From assembly GCF_009914755.1 (NCBI RefSeq), contig NC_060939.1: 64,000 nucleotides of DNA. The stretch is one strand, 5' to 3'. A program made the position numbers and the translations under genes. This DNA comes from the human T2T-CHM13v2.0 reference genome, Homo sapiens. This document shows, piece after piece, positions 15,720-35,599 of this stretch. The notes under the pieces were generated by a model. It worked only from the letters and a program-made list of their open reading frames with translations. It had not been told where the DNA came from and did no database searches. Numbering within the stretch: position 1 is the stretch's first letter; each line of letters opens with the position of its first letter.

Positions 15720-18580
15720 AACTAAACATTCACCAAGATTGACTATATCATGGATCATAAAGCCAACCTTAACAAACCTAAATAATTGACATTACACGAA
15801 GCATATTTCTAGACCATAATGGAATTAAGCTAGAAACCAATATCAAAAATAGGGAAATTTCAAAACACTTAGAAAGTAAATAAGATCCTTCTAAACAATC
15901 GCTGGGTCAAAGGGTAAGATTCAAAGAATATTAGAAAATATTTTAAACTAAATGAAAATGAAAATGCAACATATCAAAATTTGTTCAATGCAGCTAAAAT
16001 ATGCTTAAAAGGAAATACATAGCTTTACATGTTTATATTCAATAAGAAAAAAAGTTTCAAACAATTTCAGCTTCAACTTTAAGAATCTAGAAAAAAAGAA
16101 GAGCCAAATAAACCCAAGGCAAGCAAAAGGAAGGAAATAATTAGGACAAAACAATTAATGAAACTGAAAACAGAAAAAACAATAAGGAAAACCAATAAAC
16201 CCAAAAGCCAATTCTTTGAAAAGATCTAATAACTCACTAGCAAGACTGATAAAGAAAAAAGAGGGAAAGCACAAATTAACAGTAAAGAAAAAGAAGACAT
16301 GACTATAGATACTGCAGACAATATAAGAATAACAACAGAATGCTATGAACAACTCTATGCATATACATTTGACAACTTAGATAAAATGGACCAATTTCTC
16401 AAAAACTACAAACTACTAAAACTTGCCCCAGCCGAAACAGGTAATCTGGATAGTCATATAACTATGAAGGACATTTAATTTGTAATCAAAAACCTGAAAA
16501 ACAGCAGCACTAGGTCCAAATGTTTACACTGGTAAATTCTATGAAACACACAAAGGAGAAATAACACAAAACATCCACAATCACTTCCAGAAAATAGAAG
16601 AGGAGGGAACAGGTCTCATTTTATTTTATGAGGCCAGAATTACCCTGTGTAAAGTTTTTGCAGATGTGATTAAGATCCTTGAGATGAGAATAGTATCCTA
16701 GATTATGTAAGTGGGCCCTCTATGGCATCACAAGTGGTCCTTATAAAAACAGAGGCAGAGGAAGGGCCAACACACAGAAGAGAGGCAATGTGAAGACAGA
16801 GAAGAGACTGGAATGATGCAGTTACAAGCCAAGAAATGCTGGCAGCCACCAGAAGCTAGAAGCAGCAAAGAACAGATGCTCCTCTAGTGCTTCTGAAAAG
16901 AACACGACCCTGCTAACTGACACCTTGATTTTGGCTCAAAACTAATTATGGACTTCTGACCTCTTGAACTGTGAGAGAATACATTTCTGTTATTTTGAGC
17001 ACCAAATTTGCAGAAATTTGTTACAGTCACCATAGAAATTAATACAACTAGCAGTGGCCAATTAAAAACTGAAATTTAAAAATCTGTGCCATTTATAATA
17101 GTTTCAAAAATCAAATACCTAGGTATACATCTAACAAACCATGTATAGGATCTGTATGTAAAACCTACAAAATTCAGAGAGAAATCTGAAATTCTTTGAA
17201 AGAAATCAAAGAAGACCTAAATAGTTGGAGAGACATACTATGTTCATGAATTGGAAGACTGAACATAATGAAAGTATTAATTATCCCCAAATTATCCTGT
17301 AGATTCCACGCAATACTAATCAATGTCCCAGCAGAATTTTCTGTAGATGCAGACAATGTAATTCTAAAATTTATATGGAGAGGCAAAGGAACTCGAATAG
17401 CTAAAGCAATTCTGAAAAACATAATAAAATGGGAGGACTCACACTGCCAGATTTTAAGACTTATATAAAGTTACAGTAATCCAGACAGGGTGGTGTTCAC
17501 AAAGGAATAAACATGCAGATCAGTGGAACAGAATGGAGGCTCTAGAAATAGATCCACACAAATATGGCTGATTGAATTTTTACAAAGGTTCAAAGCAATT
17601 CAGTAGAGAAAGAACAGTCTTTTCAACAAATGGTCAGAGCAACTGGACATCTGTAAGCAAATAAGTAAACTTTGACTAAAATGTCATACATTGTACAAAA
17701 GCCAGCTTAATGGATCTAAATGTAAAATATAAAACTTTAAAACTTTTAGAAGAAAACCCATGACCTTGATCTGGGCAACGAGTTCTTAAACACGGCACTA
17801 AAAACATGAAAGAAAAAACTGGCAAACTGGAATTCATCAAAATTAAAAACTTTTGCTCTAAGACAGACACTATTCAGAGAATGAAAGGATAAGCTGCAAA
17901 CTGGGAGATAATATTTGCAAATCACATATCCAATTTGTATGCATAATAAAGAACTCTCAAAACTCAATGGTAAAAAAAAAAAAAAAAACCCCTAATTTAA
18001 AAAATGGGCAAAAGGCATACAAAGAGACACTTTATCAAAGAGGACACAGGATGACAAATAAGCATATGAAAGGATGTTCAACACCATTAGTCATTAGGAA
18101 AATGCAAATGGAAACCATGATGATGTACAACTACAAACCCATTAGAATAGCACAAGTTAAAATGACTGGCAATACCAAGCGCTGACAAGGACGCAAAACA
18201 ATTGGAACACCCACACAATGAAATGCTCCTAACAATAAAAAGGAACAAACTGTTGACATTTATAAGAAGTTTGATGAATCTTAAAGACATTATGCTGAGT
18301 AAAAAAATGTTAGTTTCAAAATATGATCTATTGTACAACACATGAATATCATTTTCATGACATTCTCAAAAAGATAAAACTATAGGGATGGATAACAGGT
18401 AAGTGGTTGCTGGAACTGGGTTACAGGAAAGAGTTATTTGGGTTGATGAAATGATGCTGTGTATCCTGATTATGGGGATGGCTGCACAAATATACACACA
18501 TGTTAAAATTCACAAAACTCTACATCAACAGAAAAATGTCCATTTTCCTGATAATAATTTTAAAAATAAAACTTATAAGG
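15720..18580 (+). mobile_element. Old L1M ORF2/3' end fragment
   Basis: Degenerate ORF2 peptides, e.g. ORF 17268 'ILKFIWRGKGTRIAKAILK'. Confidence 0.75.
16626..17046 (+). mobile_element. MLT1-type MaLR LTR
   Basis: 'gcagatgtgattaag', 'caagccaagaaatgctggcagccaccagaagctaga' and 'gaactgtgagagaatacatttctgtt', ending 'taataca'. Confidence 0.75.
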
Positions 18581-19506
18581 ATTTCTTTTTAAAAAGCAAA
18601 TACTGTGGGTTTCCCCACTAACACTTGCAAAGTAAAGTACTACTCATGTGGGCATTTTGGTTGTCAGGATATTTTTATTACTTGTAATTAGAATGTTTTC
18701 TATTTTCTTCATGCAAGAACTCTTTCAAGGACAGTTACTCATTATGAGTTATATGTTTCCTCCTCTTCTCTCATGGTGTCTCAAAGTAATTTTGCAGAGA
18801 AATCTAGAAAAATAACATTGCCCCGAGGAAAGGAGATGGAGGTGCTATAGATCCACCCTCATTGTGGAAGACAAAGGATGATATGAATTATTAAAACAAA
18901 TAAGATAACTCAAGCTCTGTGCATGTCCAGTGATAGACATGACCCCAGGATCACCCTCTAGGCCAGTTCACAAATGTCTCTATTAAACCCAGCTTAGAAA
19001 AGAAAAAAAGATATGGAAGATGAAGACTGTTTCTTCTCACATCATTTTTCAAGATGACATCCATAACTGTACAACTTCTTTTTTCCCTTTTGTGACCTGC
19101 AGACTAAAACTGGCCACCTCCCAAGAGTCTCAGCATATATGTAACCAAATACCTCTGTGTGTAATCTGAACATGGCTTTTGAAAAACCAAAGTGCCCACA
19201 TTATGCTAGCTGAATCACAGAAATTCAACTTCATGGGGCTCATCTCTGTATGTTCGGTGCTTTTCCACAACACCACAGAAAGGGTGTCAAAATGAACAAG
19301 CCTCCTTGTAAACACTGAGGAATAAACTTGGCATCTCCTCAGTTAAGATGCATCAGAGAAAGGCAAGCTTTCTCTGATATGCTGGGAGCCAGGATCAAAA
19401 GCACTCCCTCCTACAGATGAAGCCTTTCAGGAAAGGGCCATGCTTGGTTGATGCTTGCATAGTCAGTGCCTCTTCCTTTCTCAAAAGATTTCTGTAGAGA
19501 ACAAGG

Positions 19507-19874
19507 GTATATTAATCTGTTTCCACGCTGCTGATAAAGACATACCCGAGACTGGGAAGAAAAAAAGGTTTAATGAACTTACAGTTCCACACTGGCTGGG
19601 AGGCCTCACAATCATGGCAGAAAGCAAGGAGGAGCAAGTCACATCTTACATGGATGGCAGCGGGCAAAGAGAGAGAGAGAGCTTGTGCAGGGGAACTCCT
19701 CTTTTTGACACCATCAGATCTTGTGAGACTTATTCACTATTGCGAGAACAGCACGGGAAAGACCCACTCCCATGATTCAATTACCTCCCACTGGGTCCCT
19801 CCCATGATACATGGGAATTGTGGGAGTTACAATTCAAGATGAGTTTTGGGTGGGGACACAGCCAAACCATATCA
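19507..19874 (-). mobile_element. THE1 solo LTR
   Basis: 'gctgctgataaagacatacccgagactggg' through 'cacagccaaaccatatca'. Confidence 0.85.
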
Positions 19875-20348
19875 GAGGGGAAACTCAAATCAGAACAAAG
19901 AACCTAATTTCTCTCCAGAAAGGCATACCAGCATCTACCCACCCATCTCTGCAAGACTTAAAGAGCTGTGTTAGCTAAGAAAGAAACCAGTCCTTGAGGG
20001 CGCCACCCCATCTGCTCCCAACCACACACCCTCCAGCCGTTTGCCTTTAACAAGAGATCCCAACTGTATAGGGCCTGTTGGAACTTTATAGCATCTTGGC
20101 AGTCACAAAGGTTAGAGAATACTACTGATGTTTAGGGAGCAAAGGCTAGGGATGCTGGCAGTCCTGCAATGTGCTGACATTCACATGTCCCGTCAGGCAT
20201 GCACATAGGTGAAAACCCTGTCTGTAACTATCCAAGCCTAGAATCTGACTCCTTTGTGCATTCAAGCACAATAATTTTTTGCATGGTTTTAATATATTCT
20301 GAATTTTCCAGGATTGCAACTGTGTATATAAGTCAAAGTAAGACTATA

Positions 20349-21037
<689 letters not shown>

Positions 21038-21514
21038 TGACAGCAATGCTACTGATGACATTTGAGTTACCAGTTTAATACAGCTGTATCAGTCTGCACT
21101 TGTAGCCTCCATTCTTGGTGGCTCTACATGCAAGCACAGCACTGGCCAACTTCATGACATTTTCTAGCACAGTTATGCACACATTTCACACATGAAATGC
21201 ATATTTTATCAGAATTTTAAAAACAGTTGTGGAATTATGTTGTTTTTTGAAATTATACTTATAAGTAAATTATATAACCTAGGAATTTAATTTCAGGCCA
21301 GTGAAGGAGTGTGGCTCCGATAGGATTGACAACTACTACCTTAGATGATGAATCAAGCTCAGAAGGGATCCCTCTGGATTTCCCTGCGGTAAGAGTTTAT
21401 TAGATGGATGAATAGGATGGGTGCGTGTCATGCAAGCTTGAATGATATAAATTGGAAATCAATAAATCTCTCTTTATATTCAATTTTACCTTGTACAGTC
21501 CATCTTTCATATAA

Positions 21515-21750
21515 CAGTAATAGCAATGACATTTAAAAGGCTTACCATGTGGCAGGCTCGGGACTAAACAGTTACATCAACAACATTTCCTCCTCACAGC
21601 CACAAGACATAGCAGCTGTTCTCTTTATTTTAAAAGAGAGGAAACTGAGGCTCAGGGGGGTTAAGTAACTTTCACAACACCACACAGCTATGAAAGGTAC
21701 ACAGGATGAAAAGCCAGACTCTAAGCTTACACACCTTGAACAGCAATGCT
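21515..21750. mobile_element. MIR
   Basis: Core 'gaggaaactgaggctcag...gttaagtaact'. Confidence 0.7.
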
Positions 21751-23529
21751 CTACAGACCCTTGCTGGAGTAGGCTGCACAAATACTTGATGAGGCAGGAC
21801 ACCCAGGAGACTGGCAACCCAGGTCTATTTGAGGTTGGCTCTTCGTATAAGAAAGTGCCTTCTCCCCTCCTTCTGAGCCAAGTGCCCCGTCTCGCTACAT
21901 CTTCCATCCCTATTCTGACCTTGCCTCAGGTGCCATCAGTTCTGGCCTTTAGGTATAAATTTGAAATAATAAAAATTAATCCTAATAAATGATTGTTTCC
22001 TAGGTGAGACAAACACGGACATGTTCTACATTCTATTTCATTTTTAAAATGATGGTCTAGATCTATGAGATGGATTTGGCAACCTATTCATGATTTGCAA
22101 CTCACAGTTTGAAAAACACTGGCTAAGGTATGCTAGAAAAATGAGGTTTTTCTAATCAGCTGAAATCAAAAGAGCTTAAAAAAACGTGCAGCCCACCACC
22201 CATATTCTGAGAAAAACCATATCGCAACTGCAGATTTTTTCCAGTAATTAAAACACTTCATAGAAATTAGAAACAAAATCAAGTATGCTCTAGGGGGAAC
22301 AAGGCATCTACGTACTCACTAGAGGTCGAGCCTTGGTATTTTCTGAAACTCTACCTGTCTGCTTTGACTGAGTGCCAAGACTTTGCTCGCAAAATCAGCG
22401 TGAGTCCGTTTCTTTGAATCTACTGGCCTCTTATTGTGTTGCCCTTCCCATTTGCTCTCCACACACCAACACCCTGTAGGTTTTGTTACTGGGCTATTGG
22501 AACTTTTCTTAGGCAAATTGTTGGCCCTGACCCCTCTACAAATCATTAAAGGGTCAAGAAAACACACGCTTCAAGAAGGATCCAAAACCCTCTTTGAAGA
22601 GTGGAGGGGTGGACCTGGGTGTCAGCAGCCACAGGACTGTAATGATTTTGTGCGCAGTTCTTGCCCTGGCCGGAGCATACTGTGGCACACACGCCTGTCA
22701 TCTGCCAGAGTGACTCCCCCTTGGGAAGGTTTTCCTACAGTAGCCGCCATTACAGAGCATATTGCTATTCTGATAACCTAGCAAAGGTACCTAGTATTCC
22801 ACTGAACTTTCTCCAAAAACAACCTGGGTGGTCTAGAATGTTATTAGCAATATTATTCACTCCACGTTGGAAGGGGATGGTCATGATTTTTGCGAGGTCT
22901 TTTAGAAGTCTCTGCCCCCAACGACTCCCTTTGGTTACACAAAACGACAGTGAAAAGAATGAGAGACAAGTTCCTAGCTTAATAGTGACCCGTTACTTGT
23001 CCTAACAGGGGCTATGGAACCCTCACATCACTCAACAGGACCAGTACTGACAAATATTATCAGCTTGGCACTCCAGCAGGCACAGGAGGCCTGCATTCAG
23101 TGGCTGTGGTTGAAATCACAGTCACTACAAAGGGAGACCTCGTTTAGTTTGAGAACATACAACCCACCAGGAGAAACTGAAAACCCTGAAATTAGGACCA
23201 AAATGACCTTCCCCTGATTAAAGTTGGATCAAAGTCAAAGTTTTCCTTTGAAGGGTGTGTTCTAGGAGCAGAGGCATAGAGACGAACTGCCTCACATTCC
23301 AAGACTCACTCATTCAGAGCACTGGAGTGTCCCTAAAGCGATAGACGCACTTCCAACTTCTGCTTCTCCTTTTCTTTTGAGGGGCTCAGGAAAACCGATT
23401 GAACCTGTCATATCACATGGTAATTAACTTTGTCTGGTATCAAATTTTTTAGACACAGAATACCATTACCAAGACAACAGCCCTGACTTCCCACAGTCTA
23501 GAAGTGTCAAAGCATTGTCTAAAGTCCTT

Positions 23530-25250
23530 TTTAAATTTCTGTGGCAAAATGCACATAAGATTTACTATGTTAACCATCTTTAAGTGTGTTCAGTGGGATT
23601 AAATACATTCATAATTCTGTGTAATCATCACCATCCATTCCCATAGCTCTTTTCATCTTGTGAAACAGAAATTCTGTACCCATTAACAATAACTCCCCCA
23701 CTTCTCCCCTTTCCCCAGCCTCTGGCAACCACCATTCCACTTTCTGTCTCTATGACTTTGTCAATTCTAAGTACCTCATATAAGTGGAATCACACAGTAT
23801 ATGTCTTCTTGTAATTGGCTTATTTCACTTTGCATAATGTCCTCAAGTTTCATTCATGTTGTAGCATGTGTCCAAATTTCCTTCGTTTTGTTTTCTGTTT
23901 TTTTTCTTTTGAGATGCAGTTTCATTCTCGTTGCCCAGGCTGGAGTGCAGTGGCACGATCTTGGCTCACTGCAACCTCGCCTCCCTGGTACAAGTGATTC
24001 TCCTGCCTCAGCCTCCCAAGTAGCTGGCGTTACAGGTGCCCACCACCATGCCCGGCTAATTTTTGTATTTTTAGTAGAGACGGGGTTTCACCATGTTGGC
24101 CAGGCTGGTCTTGAACTCCTGACCTCAGGTGATCCACCCGCCTCGGGCTCCCAAAGTGTTGGGATTACAGACGTGAGCCACCGTGCCTGGCCAAATTTCC
24201 TTCCTTTTAAAGGCTGAATAATATTCCATGGTGTGCATATATCACATATTGTTTATCCAATTGTCTCTCAATGGTCGCTGGATTGCTTCTATATTTTAGT
24301 GATTGTGAATAATGCTGCTACGAATATCAACACAGATATTGAAAACAGGACAATATCTGTGTCCCTGCTTTCAATTCTTTTAGATATATATCCAGAAGTG
24401 GAATTGCTGGATCATGTGGTTAAGCCTATGTTTAACTTTTTGTAGAACTACCATACTGTTTTCCACAGTGACTGTACCATTCAGCAGTTCCATCAACACT
24501 TGTTATGTTCGGTTTTTTTAATAGTAACCCTCCTAATAGCTGTGAGTGGTATCTCATTATAGTTTTGATTTGCGTTTCCCTAATGATTAGTTATGATGAG
24601 TATCTTTTCATGTGCTTATTGGCCATTCATGTATCTTCTTCAGAGAAAGGTCTATTCAAGTCCTTTGCCCAATTTTGAACCCAGGTCATTTGGAGTTTTG
24701 TTGCTGCTGAGTTTCAGAAGTTCTCAATACATTCAGTTTATGAATCCCTTATCAGATATATGATTTGCAAATATTTTCTCTCATTTTGTGGGTTACCTTT
24801 AACTCTGTTGATGGTGTCTTTTGATGCCCCAAAGTTTTAAATTTTCATGAAGTCAAATTTGCCCATTTTTTCATTTATTGTCTGTGCCTTTAGTGTCATA
24901 TCCAATAAATTATTTGCCCTATGTTTTCTTCTATAGTTTTAGGTCTTTGCTTGAATTCAAGTTAATTTTTGTGTATGGTGTTAGGTAAGGGTCCAACTTC
25001 ATTCTTTTGCATGTGGATATTCAGTTTTCCCAGCACCATTTGTCGAAAAGACTCCCCATTGAATGGTCTTGGCACCCTTATCAAAAATTATTTGACCATA
25101 CATATGTGAGGGTTTATTTCTCTATTCTATACCATGGTCTTTATGTTTGTCTTTATGCCGGTACCACACTGTCTTGATTACTGAAGATTTGTAGTAAGTT
25201 TGGAAATCAGGAAGTTTGAGTACTTCAGCTTTGTTCTTTTTCAAATTTAT
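23530..25250 (-). mobile_element. L1MA/MB-type 3' fragment
   Basis: Antisense L1 3'UTR ('ggcaaccaccattccactttctgtctctatg') and ORF2 end. Confidence 0.8.
23886..24192 (-). mobile_element. AluS
   Basis: Antisense Alu; flanking repeats 'aaatttccttc'. Confidence 0.9.
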
Positions 25251-26847
25251 AAGGGGTGCCCTAAAGTCTTTTAAGTCCTGTGAAGTTTGAATCCAAGTTG
25301 CTTAAAACATGACCTTAAGATCAGTTTAGCCATGGTTCCCTGATTTATAGAAGAAAAATAGAGCCAATTTTTGTAGCTGTTCCACGTATACAGAATACCT
25401 CTTCTTGAATTTCAGAGCCAGACACAAAAGTTGCTTTTTATACTCTCCCAACTAACCAGTGTAAAATAGAATATGTTCTATTTTTCACTAATTATTTCTT
25501 GCTACTATCAATGGATCTAATTCCTTAAGAGATGATTTCATTTTGTAAAAATCTGTGGCTTTTAAAATTAGCTTTTAAGAGAAAAATTAAGTTTTCATGT
25601 TAGACAGACTCCGGAGAGTATCTGGTCTGACATTCATTTTCCAGATGAGATGAAAGCTACAGGGCTCAGTCCCACCCTGTAGAGTGATACAGCTTAGTGG
25701 CAGCAGAGCCCAGATTATACCATGTGACTTTTGATAAAAATGCATAGATTTTTTTCATACTATCCATATAACCCAAAATAAATTAAAAATGTGCCAGACT
25801 GTGTGGTGATCAACAAATTGTGATGGATGCAGAAAATGATTTGATTATATCAACATAATTTGCATTGGGGATTAAAACTGTTGTTTAACATATTCTCCAA
25901 ATTGCCATATTTTACATCCTTTAAAAACAGCTTTACGTTCACAGCTTGAAAGTCCCACAACTCTAACCAGGCAAAGATCTGCAAAAACATTTTGAAAATA
26001 AAAATTCTCTGGGATTTTAAGTAAAGCAACATTCAAGGAATAATCATAGCAAGACAGAGGATTAAGCCCACAAAATTTGTATTAAAATTGAAATGAAGTT
26101 TGTTTCAAATCTTAATATTCAAGATACACAAAGAGCTCAAATAACTCATATGCACCATTAAGAAGGAAGAAACTGAATGTGATAGAAAAGCAGGCAAAGG
26201 ACATGAACAGGCAATTTACAAAAAAGTCAACACAACTGACGACTATACTATACTATACTATACTATATGCTCAATCTTAGTAATCAGTAAAATGCAAATT
26301 CAAATAATAAGATAAAATCTCATGTGCATTAACCTAGTAAATATTGAATAGTCTGATAATATTGTAAAAAAAGTTGGTGAGCATGTGGGGAAAAAGAAAC
26401 ACTCATACGTTTGGTTAGAAAAATAGGTTGGCAGCATCTAGTAAATTTAACCTAACCACCAACCCCACAGAAATACAAGAAAAAAAAAAAAAACCCTTAC
26501 AGACTATTATAAACACCTCTATGCACATGAACTAGAAAACCTAGAAGAAATGGACACATTCCTGGAAACATATAACCTCCCAAAAAAATTGAATCAGGAA
26601 GAAACTGAAATCATAAATAGACCAACAGCAAATTCTGAAATTGAAATAGTAATAGTAATAAAACACCTGCCAACCAGAAAAATCCCTGGAACAGATGGAT
26701 TCACAGCCAAATTCTACCAGATGTATGAAGAAGAGCTGGTACCAATCCTACTGAAACTATTCCAAAAAATCAAGGAGGAGGGACTTCTCCCAAACTCATT
26801 CTATGATGTCAGCATCATTCTGATACCAAAACCTGACAGAAACACCA

Positions 26848-28680
<1,833 letters not shown>

Positions 28681-29174
28681 ACCACTGGAAAAAAATCACA
28701 GATGACAAAAACAAATGGAAAAATGTTCCATATTCATGGATAGGAAAAGTCAATATTGTTAAAATGGCCATACTACCCAAAGCAACTTATAGATTCAATA
28801 CCATTCTTATCAAACTACCAATGTAATTTTTCACAGAATTAGAAAAAAGTATTATAAAATTCATACAGAACCAAAAAAGAGCCCCCAAATAGCCAAAGTA
28901 ATCCTAAGCAAAATGAACAAAGCCAGAGGCATCACACTTCCTGAGTTCAAACTACACTGTAAGGCTACAGAACCCAAACAGAATGGTACTGGTACAAAAG
29001 CAGACACAGAAACAATGGAACAGATTAACGAGCCAGAAATAAGGGGGCACACTCACAACCATCTGACCTTCAACAAAGTTGACAAAAACAAGTGATGGGG
29101 AACAGACTCCCTATTCAGTAAACAGTGCTGGGATAGCTGGCAAGCTACAGAATGGGAGAAAATATTTGCAAACT

Positions 29175-29538
29175 GTGTATTAGTCCGTTTTCACACTGCT
29201 ATAACGATACTACCCAAGACTGGGTAATTTGTAAAGGAAAGAAGTTTAATTGACTCATAGTTCCACATGGCTGGGGAGGCCTCAGGAAACTTACAATCGT
29301 GGCATAAGGAGAAGCAAGGACCTTCTTCACATGGCAGCAGGAGAGAGAAGAGTGAGCAATAAAGGAGGAAGAGCCCCTTATAAAACCATCAGATCTCATG
29401 AGAACTCACTATCACGAGAACAGCATAGGGCAAACTGCTCCCATGGTCCAATCACTTCCCAACTGGTCCCTCCCTCAACATGTGGGGATTACGGGCATTA
29501 CAATTTGAGATGAGATTTGAGTGAAGACACAGAGCCAA
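29175..29538 (-). mobile_element. THE1D/MSTA-type solo LTR
   Basis: 'tgtattagtccgttttcacactgctata' through 'acacagagccaa'. Confidence 0.8.
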
Positions 29539-29788
29539 GATGAATCTGAAAAGGGTCTAATATCCAAAATCTATAAGGATTCTACAAATCAACAAGCAAA
29601 AAACAACCAACCACATTAAAAAACGGGCAAAAGACAAGAACAGATATTTCTCAAAAGAAAACGTACATGCAGCCAACAAGCATATGAAAAAATATTCAAA
29701 ATCACTAATAATTAGAGAAATGCAAATCAAAACTGCCAAGAGATACCATTTCACACCAGTCAGAACGGCTATGAATAAAAAGAAAATA

Positions 29789-30692
29789 GTGGAGGAGCCA
29801 AGATGTCCGAATAGGAACAGCTCCAGTCTACAGCTCCCAGCGTGAGCGACGCAGAAGATGGGTGATTTCTGCATTTCCATCTGAGGTACCAGGTTCATCT
29901 CACTAGGGAGTGCCAGACAGTGGGCGCAGGTCAGTGGGTGCGTGCACCGTGCGCGAGCCGAAGCAGGGCGAGGCATTGCCTCACTTGGGAAGAGCAAGGG
30001 GTCAGGTAGTTCCCTTTCCGAGTCAAAGAAAGGGGTGACGGACGCACCTGGAAAATCGGGTCACTCCCACCCTAATACTGCGCTTTTCCGACGGGCTTAA
30101 AAAACGGTGCACCACGAGATTATATCCCACACCTGGCTCCGAGGGTCCTACCCCACGGAGTCTCGCTGATTGCTAGCACAGCAGTCTGAGATCAAACTGC
30201 AAGGCAGCAGCGAGGCTGGGGGAGGGGCGCCCGCCATTGCCCAGGCTTGCTTAGGTAAATAAAGCAGCCGGGAAGCTCGAACTGGGTGGAGCCCACCACA
30301 GCTCCAGGAGGCCTGCCTGCCTCTGTAGGCTCCACCTCTCGGGGCAGGGCACAGCCAAACAAAAAGACAGCAGTAACCTCTGCAGACTTAAATGTCCCTG
30401 TCTGACAGCTTTGAAGAGAGCAGTGGTTCTCCCAGCACGCAGCTGGAGATCTGAGAACGGGCAGACTGCCTCCTCAAGTAGGTCCCTGACCCCTGACCCC
30501 TGGGCAGCCTAACTGAGAGGCAGCCCCCAGCAAGGGCACACTGACACCTCACACAGCAGGGTATTCCAACAGACCTGCAGCTGAGGGTCCTCTCTGTTAG
30601 AAGGAAAACTAACAAACAGAAAGGACATCCACACCGAAAACCCATCTGTACATCACCATCATCAAAGACCAAAAGTAGATAAAACCACAAAG
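29789..30692 (+). promoter_or_regulatory. L1 5'UTR with internal sense promoter and antisense promoter
   Basis: Complete 5'UTR. Its length indicates the short form lacking the 129-bp ZNF93-bound segment. Promoter function is known for the family but not shown for this copy. Confidence 0.75.
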
Positions 30693-31709
30693 ATGGGGAA
30701 AAAACAGAACACAAAAACTGGAAACTCTAAAACGCAGAACACCTCTCCTCCTCCAAAGGAATGCAGTTCCTCACCAGCAACGGAACAAAGCTGGATGGAG
30801 AATGACTTTGACGAGCTGAGAGAAGAAGGCTTCAGACGATCAAATTACTCTGAGCTACGGGAGGACATTCAAACCAAAGGCAAAGAAGTTGAAAACTTTG
30901 AAAAAAATTTAGAAGAATGTGTAACTAGAATAACCAATACAGAGAAGGGCTTAAAGGAGCTGATGGAGCTGAAAACCAAGGCCCGAGAACTACGTGAAGA
31001 ATGCAGAAGCCTCAGAAGCCAATGCGATCAACTGGAAGAAAGGGTATCAGGGATGGAAGATGAAATGAATGAAATGAAGCGAGAAGGGAAGTTTAGAGAA
31101 AAAAGAATAAAAAGAAATGAGCAAAGCCTCCAAGAAATATGGGACTATGTGAAAAGACCAAATCTACGTCTGATTGGTTTACCTGAAAGTGATGGGGAAA
31201 ATGGAACCAAGTTGGAAAACACTCTGCAGGATATTATCCAGGAGAACTTCCCCAATCTAGCAAGGCAGGCCAACGTTCAGATTCAGGAAATACAGAGAAC
31301 GCCACAAAGATACTCCTCGAGAAGAGCAACTCCAAGACACATAACTGTCAGATTCACCAAAGTTGAAATGAAGGAAAAAATGTTAAGGGCAGCCAGAGAG
31401 AAAGGTCGGGTTACCCTCAAAGGGAAGCCCATCAGACTAATAGCAGATCTCTCGGCAGAAACCCTACAAGCCAGAAGAGAGTGGGGGCCAATATTCAACA
31501 TTCTTAAAGAAAAGAATTTTCAACCCAGAATTTCATATCCAGCCAAACTAAGCTTCATAAGTGAAGGAGAAATAAAATACTATACAGACAAGCAAATGCT
31601 GAGAGATTTTGTCACCACCAGGCCTGCCTTACAAGAGCTCCTGAAGGAAGCACTAAACATGGAAAGGAACAACCAGTACCAGCCACTGCAAAATCGTGCC
31701 AAATTGTAA
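30693..31709 (+). CDS. L1 ORF1p, intact 338 aa
   Basis: Full-length ORF with REKG, ARR and YPAKLS motifs. Confidence 0.9.
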   Translation: MGKKQNTKTGNSKTQNTSPPPKECSSSPATEQSWMENDFDELREEGFRRSNYSELREDIQTKGKEVENFEKNLEECVTRITNTEKGLKELMELKTKARELREECRSLRSQCDQLEERVSGMEDEMNEMKREGKFREKRIKRNEQSLQEIWDYVKRPNLRLIGLPESDGENGTKLENTLQDIIQENFPNLARQANVQIQEIQRTPQRYSSRRATPRHITVRFTKVEMKEKMLRAAREKGRVTLKGKPIRLIADLSAETLQARREWGPIFNILKEKNFQPRISYPAKLSFISEGEIKYYTDKQMLRDFVTTRPALQELLKEALNMERNNQYQPLQNRAKL

Positions 31710-31772
31710 AGACCATCAAGACTAGGAAGAAACTGCATCAACTAACGAGCAAAATAACCAGCTAACATCATA

Positions 31773-35599
<3,827 letters not shown>

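Noticed and set aside
26242-26268. (ACTAT)n short tandem repeat
   Set aside because: Ordinary short pentanucleotide microsatellite.
30148-30237. L1 ORF0 (antisense, MAGAPPPASL...)
   Set aside because: A 1-nt deletion (ctccgtggggtag) gives a TAG after 29 codons, upstream of the splice donors, so there is no intact ORF0 or ORF0-CERS3 fusion.
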